DNA from: a virus
IMG/VR virus record: IMGVR_UViG_3300005253_000262
Span: 1-64,000 of that record
DNA: 64,000 nucleotides
Reading direction: 5' to 3' (one strand)
Shown: positions 47,312 through 56,384 of the stretch, one piece after another
Layout of the letters: the number at the start of each line of letters is the position of its first letter
How positions within the stretch are numbered: position 1 is the stretch's first letter
Translations under genes and position numbers: made by a program
The notes under the pieces: generated by a model
What the model saw: the letters and a program-made list of their open reading frames with translations, nothing else
Told to the model about the DNA's origin: nothing
Databases searched by the model: none

Positions 47312-48845
47312 GATGACACAACATAGTCCATTAGGATCCTCACGGAATGCACTGCGTCTAAACAGGATCACAGAGTGGTGGACTATTTTATGTCAACCAA
47401 GTGGAGGAGAACATGAACGCAAAACACACGTACAGAGTCACGCACAGGAATGATCTACGGGGGATCAACGTGAGGGAGCTGATCATGCTACACCCCTCAC
47501 CTGTAGAGACCAACGAAGAGCGGATCGCAAGACAAGCACGTAAGGAACCGCATCCGAAGGTTATTGCTGCTCAGGAGAGGTTCGAGGAACTTCTCCAGAA
47601 GCGGACGAGAAGGAGTCACAAGAAATGACGTACAAACTTCATAAACTGAATCAGAACGGTACGAACGCTCAAGGGGTCCCACTAGGGCTCGTCAACTGGA
47701 TGTGTCTCAACCGTCTGCACACGATGCCTAAGAGGGACAAGTTGCGCGATAAGCACTTTACTGTACCCACAGAGGCACCTAAGGTACTGAGTATACCACA
47801 ACGTCGACTTCGTGAACGCGAACCTGCGATGTTCTATAAGATGTACCACTACTACATGCTGTGGGCAGACCTAGCACTAGCTAAACGCGGAGAGTTCAAG
47901 AACGAGGGCCTTATCACGTTCAATACGCGCGAGTGGAGGAGACACCAATGAACTACCACATCTGGCATAAGGGTATAGTCATAGAGTCATTCTCAGCGGA
48001 CAATGACGACAAAGCTCGTGCATACGCTCGACAACGCTATACCCATTTCGCCAAATGCACCGACGACGATGACAAAGTCATATATACAAAGACACCAATG
48101 ACTGAGGATCGACAATGGTTGTTGGACCACTGCATTGAATGTGATGGTGCAGAGATACCGCAAGCATGGTGGGAAGACGCCGAGGCTCACAAGAGCCTGG
48201 GCCATGTGACCATCTCCGGGCCGCGAGGGCCAAATGGCTCCTTCAAGCGCATAACTCCGACATGAACGTTAGCGGCGATGACATTGTACTAATCGTAGGG
48301 GTCCTATACTGGGGCTACTTTCAATTGGCCCCGCTCTGGAGGAAACGGCAATGAACAGAATCTCGAACAAACTAGCAGGGCGACTGCTAGATACGGATCT
48401 AGCGAACTCTTCCTGGCGAGAGACCTACCCAAAGGCGTATGAAGACTTGTTAGAGTATCGTCAGGACATCGAACAATCATTTCGACAGATCCTGAGTGAC
48501 CACTTTGACAGGGTACGAAAGGAACTGCTTGAATAACCTGGAGGAAGCGGTAATGGAGAAACGTGAAGTAAGACAGCTTCGCATAGGTGATCGCGTATCA
48601 CTCAAATACAGCCTAGGCATAGGTAAGATCACTCGGATCGTGTGGTCCTATCGCGAATATCGTTACGGTAACCTACCTAAGGATGGTATGTACCCGATGA
48701 TTGAGTTTCGGGACATAATGACTAAGGGGAAACGTTGGGCGACATACCTTGCTATTGCGGAGTGGACGCACGTGAAGCACTGGTAAGCGATCAAGCGCAG
48801 GCCCGTAGTACATAACGATAAAGGCCCACATAATGCGTCAGCTTA

Positions 48846-48881
48846 GGTCAAGAGAATCCTCCCTCTCTTGGCCTTCTTTTT
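48846..48881 (+). terminator. intrinsic terminator
   Basis: aggtcaagag...ctcttggcct followed by tctttttt. Confidence 0.7.
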
Positions 48882-48985
48882 GCCGTTCAGAACCTCAGGC
48901 CTCGTTATGAAGCTGCTAGTCACAATGGCCAGCCCCCCAATGCTACAGATCGCGCACAGGTCAAAAATTTACCCCAAAATGCATC

Positions 48986-49015
48986 TTGAAATGCCCATAT
49001 GTGATCCTATATAAT
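48986..49015 (+). promoter_or_regulatory. sigma70-like promoter
   Basis: TTGAAA-N18-TATAAT. Confidence 0.75.
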
Positions 49016-49049
49016 AGAGATAATAGAAAAGTGATGAGAGGAGACTGTT

Positions 49050-49454
49050 ATGGTAAAGTTCGTCGACATTGACCCTAAAGACATCGATACATCGCGTATT
49101 GGTCGTCGCGGGCGGGTATCGTACCCGATTCTTAAGGCATTCCTGGAACGCAACACTAAGGTCAGTAAGCTTGACCTCACAGGGTTGGATAAGAACCCTA
49201 CGTACCTGCGTTCTGTTCTTGATGCATATGCCAAGAGTCACAAGATGCCCATCAAGGTGTTCTCTGCTAATGGAGAGATCCACCTGATGCGTCTTGACCT
49301 CGACAACGAATGCAAGCCTATCAAGAACTGGGAAGAGGCGTTGCAGACTACAGAGGGAGCTGCTGGACTCGAGCGCGATCTGGAACCCGTCCCCGTCAGT
49401 GCTGCAGAGGTACGGCGTCGCGGCAAGCAAGAGAAGGGTAAGACTACGAAGTGA
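49050..49454 (+). CDS. basic hypothetical protein, possibly nucleic-acid binding
   Basis: gaggag SD; GRRGR basic patch; first gene after the promoter. Confidence 0.6.
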   Translation: MVKFVDIDPKDIDTSRIGRRGRVSYPILKAFLERNTKVSKLDLTGLDKNPTYLRSVLDAYAKSHKMPIKVFSANGEIHLMRLDLDNECKPIKNWEEALQTTEGAAGLERDLEPVPVSAAEVRRRGKQEKGKTTK

Positions 49455-50107
49455 GCAAACTCCTTGTCATATGCGCCAAGCGCTACAACGGTCACGAGTT
49501 GTGGACTCTCCTGGATGTTGTAGTCCATCGCGGGCATTCCTTCGAAGTAGTGTCGCAGGAGCTACTCATACGCGACGAACTAACTCTACGGCCAAATACG
49601 ACCGAACGCACAGTCTACACCTTAGACGACCATAACGTAGCCAGAAACTTTGATGCTATATGCATCGTATCAGGTAATATGGCAGACACGGAAGCTTATT
49701 GGGATGATGCTCATGTAGCCGGGCTACTGGGGGCATTCAAAGGTGCAGACAAGGTCATAGCAGCTATTTGCTGCTCAGTCCCTACATTAGGGCCTATTGT
49801 CAAGGGAATCAAGGTCAGCTATTACCCTCTTATCCGCTCACGCCACAGACTACAATACTATGGCGCGATCCTGCAAACAACCAGCCTCACTGTCGATGGA
49901 AGGTTCGTAACGGCAGAGAATCAGATGATGACAGAGATGTGGGCCGAAGAAATATGTAACGTGCTCAAAGGCCGGCCCCCTCAATACAAGATGCACGATA
50001 GTGGCTTTGTCCCCAAGGGCTTAGAACGCAAGATGAGTCCAGAGGTCAGAGCGGCTATCGACGAAGACCGAGGCTACGAAATGGTAATGCGTAAGGACGA
50101 ACCATGA
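49451..50107 (+). CDS. DJ-1/PfpI family protein
   Basis: N-terminal E (GHEL), FDAICIVSG, IAAICCS nucleophile elbow and VDGRFVTA. Confidence 0.8.
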   Translation: MSKLLVICAKRYNGHELWTLLDVVVHRGHSFEVVSQELLIRDELTLRPNTTERTVYTLDDHNVARNFDAICIVSGNMADTEAYWDDAHVAGLLGAFKGADKVIAAICCSVPTLGPIVKGIKVSYYPLIRSRHRLQYYGAILQTTSLTVDGRFVTAENQMMTEMWAEEICNVLKGRPPQYKMHDSGFVPKGLERKMSPEVRAAIDEDRGYEMVMRKDEP

Positions 50108-51057
50108 GCTATGACAGAGCGTTGATAATCCAGATCATCAATGACAAGCAGGATACAGACACTATGCTTGACAGGGTCGTTCATGTACTGGTGCCTGGTG
50201 CGTCAGAAGGTGAACATGCCCACAAGGAAGGAGTGTGGGATGATGCACGTAGATCGGCACACCTAGTCGTTGAGACGCTATTCGACAACGGCCGCGTTAA
50301 ATGCCCAAGATGTGGTGCCGATGCCGAGAACGCTGAGAATAGGTGCCTCGCTGATGGTGATTGTCCTGTGACGGTGGGGGGTTAAATGAACAGAACCTAT
50401 TACGCAAACAGGAAAATAAGTACCGATGAGTACCTTCCAGACACTCCAGGACGCGGAAAGACACATGTTGAACCATCTAAGCAGTTGCCTCCACGCCTCT
50501 TTATATCGGCACACGATGCACAAGTGGCATTAACCTGGTGGTTGAAAGGTATTACAAGTGTACATCGAGGTACAGACTGGGATGGTGAGTACGACGAAGT
50601 CTGGAACACAGAGTCTATCTCAGGGCGTAATGAGGATGATATGGAAGTTGTCCCAGTCACATTGGGGCTACCATGATTAAAGAACAGATATGCTTCAGGT
50701 ACCCCAATACTAGTACAGTAATCGTGGCGCCACGTGTTGTAGATGTACCAGACAGTTATAGTGGTGTTATACTTGCCCAAGAGGGTATGTTTCTCAATAA
50801 GGACCTCGAGTTGGGCGATGTTGCTGCTAATACTGTGTGGTTCATCCCGCCATCGCAGATCCTCTGGGTAAAACGGCTATGACTGAAGACGAGGCGACGG
50901 CTATTGCACTGGCAGCAAATCCCGATTGCAGCTACGCCGATTGGGATAATGGTTTAGACGTACTCCTCCGAGTAACAATTGTCGTCAACTTGTGGCGAAA
51001 CGAGGAATGCTTCCTCGCAGGTGATCCACCCAGAAAGGTGGTCGAGGGTTTCTACAG

Positions 51058-51393
51058 ATGAACGATGACGAGAAACGGGAATACATTACATATCGGATTT
51101 GTAAGGAATTCGGACCCAGGTCAAACGTGTACCGGATTGACAAGATTGTAGCCTGTGTCGAGATGGAATGCTACCACGTCACGATCAATCCTATTAACGA
51201 CTCAGGTGTAGGCACCCTGTGGTGTGATTGCCCAGGCTTCAGAAGGCAGACGTATGATAAGACTAAGCACAAACATGTTGTCCTAGCATTCGACTTCCGA
51301 AAACGTGGGGAGCCTGAAGGTGCTTTGTACACGATCGAGGGCACTGGGCGGACCGCAGAGGTCATATTCTTAAGGAGCGACGATGATGCATAG
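51058..51393 (+). CDS. SWIM-like zinc-finger protein
   Basis: YHVTI...WCDCPGF...HKHV (the third Cys is replaced by His). Confidence 0.55.
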   Translation: MNDDEKREYITYRICKEFGPRSNVYRIDKIVACVEMECYHVTINPINDSGVGTLWCDCPGFRRQTYDKTKHKHVVLAFDFRKRGEPEGALYTIEGTGRTAEVIFLRSDDDA

Positions 51394-51972
51394 ATTCGAC
51401 ATAGTAGAAGAGAAAGGCAAGTGGTTTTGGTACGCGAGAGACGTGATGGGACGGATCTGCGGCAAATCGTGGAAAGGTTTCAGCAAACGTAGCGTATGTG
51501 AACATAACGCATCCGTCGTACAAGCAGGACTAACACAAGGACTACGTAGCCTGGGGTACAGCAGATGAAACGGGGTAACTGGAAGTCACGTAAGGCACGA
51601 CAACGAGACATGGCGCGGCGCAAATATACCTTGTACTCTTACAGTAGCGTCCCCAATATGGTCCTACCCCTATCTACCCCAGGAAGCTTACAAGCTGCGG
51701 TAGCACAACTATTGGCATTAAGGATGTCGTCACGGCGACCTAGAGGAGATTTATGATGGCCTATCCAACAATGGAGCAGGTCGAACAAGCAAATCAAATA
51801 CAGCTTGCTCGGTGGTATCGATTTCTCGAGTCGCCTGGCACCGAGGCCATCGATAAGTCGAACTTCGACGAAGTCCTACGGGAGCAGGTTAAAATTCAGG
51901 CGCGTCTGCTGGAACGATTTGAATCATTTGGCGGATGGAACCCCACACTTAGCAAACAGGTAGGATGGTAAC

Positions 51973-52335
51973 ATGAAAAGGTACATATCACCAATTACTA
52001 AAGAACTAACACCCACGGACTGGAAAGATAAGATCAATCTGTCCGATATGTCTCTGGACGAGATGACAGAGCTCCTAGCTGACCTCAAGGTTATGGAAGC
52101 TATGGGCAAGAAGGTTGGCGGCTACATGAAGGAAGCTGTCAAGGCCCGAATGCCTGAGGGCGAAATGGAATACATTGGAGCACGTTTCATTGTGACACTC
52201 AATGATCGATTACGCTCTGGCGGACTCGATGGAGACAAGATCCTCGAGGAGATGGGCGAAGATTGGTGCGAAGAGCGTATGAAACCGGACATCGAGTACA
52301 CTGAACTACGTCTCTCAGTAGTCACCCCGGAGTAG
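51973..52335 (+). CDS. hypothetical protein (coiled coil plus beta region)
   Basis: In the co-oriented early/middle gene run. Confidence 0.55.
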   Translation: MKRYISPITKELTPTDWKDKINLSDMSLDEMTELLADLKVMEAMGKKVGGYMKEAVKARMPEGEMEYIGARFIVTLNDRLRSGGLDGDKILEEMGEDWCEERMKPDIEYTELRLSVVTPE

Positions 52336-52811
52336 TAACATGAATTGGCAGCCAGGTGACTTAGCTATCACATGCAATTTATCCACTACAACTCGTAATG
52401 GGCTCATAGTGGAGATAGTTAAAGTCAGTCCGGAATGGGATAACGGAGACTATATCATCAAGTGCCCAGGGATACTTTCTTACAAACAGGATGGCTGTTG
52501 GTCTATTCATCACTACCAATTGAGGCCGCTACCTGATGACGATGAAGATAACGTCAATCAGGTAACCAAGTGGAAGGCGCTAGAGGATATTTATCAACCT
52601 AAAGAGCTGGAGAAGGTAACATGACTGAAGAAAAGAAACCGTTGAGACCCGAATACATGCGCAGAAACGCCATGATAACGAATCTCACAACAGGCGTGGT
52701 TGAACAGTTTAGTAGTATCAGCCGAGCTAAACGTGCATCGCACAAGATCCAGATAGACAACGACAAGGCCTTAGGGCTCGGAATCCTTAGGAAATATTAG
52801 AGGCGATAATC

Positions 52812-53234
52812 ATGTGGGCAAGATTCAGAAAATATGTTGCAGCCTTACCAACGGCTGCAGAGGTTGCCATGGCTTTTACATTAGGCTTCGTACTCACGAT
52901 AGTGGCTGTAGGGGTGCTATTTACAGTTATCGGGGCAGCACTGGCTCAGGAGTCTGTGCGTACGTATCCTGCGCGTCTTGGCGAGCAAGATCGCCGACTC
53001 GTAACAGAACAACCAGACTATGGCACGCCCCACCACGTTAATCAGTACATCGTGTCCATAATAGAGGACGATATAGAGCGCACAGCCTCCAGCAAGATGG
53101 CCTGTAGGCAGCAGAACCTGTACCTACACTACCTGCTAGTGGACCTCGCGAAGTATCTTGGGCGGAACCCTCACCAAGGCGAGCTGTTCAAGCCCGCGAT
53201 CCAGTCCATCCACGACGCCTGGTGTCGACAATGA
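52812..53234 (+). CDS. membrane-anchored hypothetical protein
   Basis: Long hydrophobic segment ending in ALA-Q. Confidence 0.5.
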   Translation: MWARFRKYVAALPTAAEVAMAFTLGFVLTIVAVGVLFTVIGAALAQESVRTYPARLGEQDRRLVTEQPDYGTPHHVNQYIVSIIEDDIERTASSKMACRQQNLYLHYLLVDLAKYLGRNPHQGELFKPAIQSIHDAWCRQ

Positions 53235-53775
53235 AGTGCATACACTGTAAGGCTGGGCAGATACTGCCGAGATACCGCAAAGGGAAGAAACCTACATACC
53301 GATGCTGCACCTGCAGGCGTGTATACATACCAAGGGCAGAACGATGAGCACATTCTATATATCATTTGGGCAAGTACACAGGCACGTAATAAATGACGTG
53401 GTGCTAGATAAGGATGTGCTACTGAGAATCGAGGCTCCATCTGAGGGTGAAGCTAGACAACGAGTCTTCGATACCATTGGCAACAAGTGGTTTACATCGT
53501 ATGACGAGGAGACTGTAGAATTCGAATACTTCCCAGGAGGAGCCGTAGAGGTGCCGGGGATAACTGAGGTAGCGAATAATGAATAAATGGACAAAAAAAC
53601 AGCCGACTGATACCGGGTGGTATTGGTTTCGTGTTATGGAGTTTTTTGAACCAACACCAATCTATGTGACGAAGTTAGAAGGCGGAATGCGTGCACGGCT
53701 TGGCCAAGACTGTTGGGTACACACAGCGAGGTGGAAGGGTGAGTGGTGGTCCGAACAAATACAGAGTCCAACGAA

Positions 53776-54171
53776 ATGATCACCAGACGTGAGCTTATAG
53801 CTATGCTTGGGGCAGGTGCCGTAATAACTGCCGAAGGATTGTACTGGCCCGGAGCTAAGTTGGTCTCGATCCCTAAGCGACATCTCATCCTGAAGCGCGA
53901 CGCGATTAGTCTCGTTGCTTGGGACACTGGACGTGTAATATGCTCCATACCACGAGGGCGTGAATCGGTAGACATATGTGGTGGTGAAGCTAGAATTAGC
54001 TTTCCGCTAATTCCTCCAGGTGTATCAGGGATGATTACTAACATGTACGTAGGCAGAACGAATATGTTCAAATTCACAGTTCCCCTCACTGTGAAGCCAC
54101 GTACGATTATTACAGCCACAGTCACTGCGAGGGATCATCAGCTAGAGGCCCTTATGAGCGCACTGCGATGA
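53776..54171 (+). CDS. protein with twin-arginine-like leader
   Basis: MITRRELIAMLGAGAV...; ATGA overlaps on both sides. Confidence 0.6.
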   Translation: MITRRELIAMLGAGAVITAEGLYWPGAKLVSIPKRHLILKRDAISLVAWDTGRVICSIPRGRESVDICGGEARISFPLIPPGVSGMITNMYVGRTNMFKFTVPLTVKPRTIITATVTARDHQLEALMSALR

Positions 54172-55097
54172 TCACTAGACCCATGAAGGCCGAGAAGGTC
54201 AAATATGAGCACCTAGAAGGGCTTGAGTGGCCATTACTAGTGAGTCCGAAGATCGATGGGATCCGATCCCTTATGCATCCAGAGATAGGGCCAGCTACGA
54301 CCTCATTCATTCAAGTACCCAACACGCACATATACGAGACACTAAAACGTGTGGCGGGTAACTGTCGGTTAGATGGTGAGCTTGTTGCAGTACATGAAGA
54401 CGGGGACATACGCACATTCAACGAAACCCAATCAGCCGTTATGTCGCACGGCGGCCGGCCCCTATTCATGTATCTAGTGTTTGACTGCTTCCGACAACCA
54501 GACGAGAAGTTCCTAGAACGGTATACGGACGCAACTTTCATAGTAGAGTCTATGAACCACCCAAGTATTCGTATAGTGAACCATAAATGGGTTGCTAATG
54601 TTGATGAGTTCCTTAGAGTGGCCCAGACTCACATAAGTCAGGGATTCGAAGGTACAATGATCCGCTCTTTCGATGGACCATACAAGAGCGGCCGATCAAC
54701 ACTGAAGCAGGGATGGCTTCTCAAATATAAGGCGTGGGCTGATGCTGAAGGCACTGTGGTGGGTTTTGAGGAACGGATGCACAACGCGAACGAGGATATC
54801 AAGGATAATTTTGGGCATGCCAAGCGATCCTCCCATAAAGAAAACATGGTTCCGATGGGAACGTTGGGAGCCCTCATTCTGGATACAGCGTGGGGAGAGC
54901 TCAGAGTGGGAACAGGTTTCGATGACGCCTTAAGACAGGAAATCTGGAATCGCAACATGGACATGAGTGAGCGTTATCGTAACAAGGATTCCGAGCCGCC
55001 TGACGTTGGACGTAAGGTGACATTTAAGTACCAAGAGTACGGGATGCAAGACAAACCACGCTTCCCTGTGTTCAAGGGGTTCAGAGAGGATGAGTGA
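54168..55097 (+). CDS. lig: ATP-dependent DNA ligase
   Basis: KIDGIR, LDGEL, VFD, EGTMIR, LLKYK, VGTGF and PRFP motifs. Confidence 0.95.
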   Translation: MITRPMKAEKVKYEHLEGLEWPLLVSPKIDGIRSLMHPEIGPATTSFIQVPNTHIYETLKRVAGNCRLDGELVAVHEDGDIRTFNETQSAVMSHGGRPLFMYLVFDCFRQPDEKFLERYTDATFIVESMNHPSIRIVNHKWVANVDEFLRVAQTHISQGFEGTMIRSFDGPYKSGRSTLKQGWLLKYKAWADAEGTVVGFEERMHNANEDIKDNFGHAKRSSHKENMVPMGTLGALILDTAWGELRVGTGFDDALRQEIWNRNMDMSERYRNKDSEPPDVGRKVTFKYQEYGMQDKPRFPVFKGFREDE

Positions 55098-56028
55098 TGC
55101 CTGAGAAATACAAAATACAACTCCCGCTGGAGACAAATGCTCCCATACCTATGGCACTTGTGTACAATAGAGACCGCAACCGTATGGGTGAGATCCCCAT
55201 TACCAAAGAAATACGCGATCTATTTCCGCCCGGTGTGGTCAAGATATTCATCGAGGGGAGTTTCAATCCCAAAGATGGTACACTGGACGTGAAAGTAATA
55301 CATCCAGATCCCAACGCGTTCGATTGGTAACATGGCGAAGAGACGTAAACGGCCTACGTGGAAGACTAGGTGGATGACCGCCGAAGGCGAAGTCATCAAG
55401 ATCGTGAACATGGACGATAGGCACCTATACAATACGATCCGGATGCTAGATAGATGGGCGGACGCTGAAATAGGACGGGATCTAGATGCGGCATTTCGAT
55501 GCTCTACAATGTTCAGCGGTAATATGGCAGAGGACATGATCGAGCAGGAAATAGACAATTTAATGGATATGCGTCCGCAAGACTACGCGTATGACAACTA
55601 CAAGGTGTATCCACGCATGATACAGGAAGCAGCAAAGAGAGGACTGTCAGTATGAGCATAATTGAGGAAATTACCGAGATAATAGGGACGACGTTAAAAG
55701 AGGAGCACCAAATAGACTTGTTCAGATACAAGTTAGCAGCCCTAATAGACAAGTTCCAATCCTCTAGCCCGCAAATGCAGGAACGTCTCGTCTCGAGTAT
55801 GGTGCCCTTCGCAAGTCTATGCCTTGCAAGAATTGCCATGTGGCACGTGGAGGATCATGAAGGAACTAGTTGTGCACAGGAAGCGATTAAAGCGGCCACT
55901 CTATCGTTTGCTGAGTTGGCCATTACACGCTGTAAGGAGATTGCTGAGGCGGAAGGACTCGCAGATCCTTTCGCAACATCCGATGCAAACGCAGACCTAG
56001 TGAAGGAAATGCTCAGCGAAATCAACAG

Positions 56029-56058
56029 TTGATTGGCCCATCGATTCTAAGTTATAAT
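56029..56058 (+). promoter_or_regulatory. sigma70-like promoter
   Basis: TTGATT-N18-TATAAT. Confidence 0.7.
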
Positions 56059-56093
56059 AGAGTTAACATAGATGTAAGCAGAACAGGTAACCA

Positions 56094-56384
56094 ATGAGGA
56101 CGATGAATACGCAAACAAAAAAACAGGAGGTCATAGACCCCAGTATCATAAGGGATAAGGTCCTGCATATACTGAGCCTCTATCCAATCATTTCACCTAC
56201 CATGTTGCAGGGTGGTCTCGGCCCATATATGAAACCAGTTCAATGGCGGCCGGTACTTGAAGACCTCATTGCCGCGGGGCTAGTAAAGGAATCACAGCGG
56301 TCCATGCGGACACATCAGGAACGCTATAACACGTATACGTTCCTACATCTCCCCAAAACGGAGTTAGACCACCTTGACAGCTGA
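56094..56384 (+). CDS. winged-helix-like small protein
   Basis: IxxxLxxYP.IS...L....L..L...GLV pattern. Confidence 0.5.
   Translation: MRTMNTQTKKQEVIDPSIIRDKVLHILSLYPIISPTMLQGGLGPYMKPVQWRPVLEDLIAAGLVKESQRSMRTHQERYNTYTFLHLPKTELDHLDS

Noticed and set aside
41143-48964. N13 motif copies as a mini-CRISPR array
   Set aside because: Copies are dispersed over 8 kb with irregular spacing and variable cores
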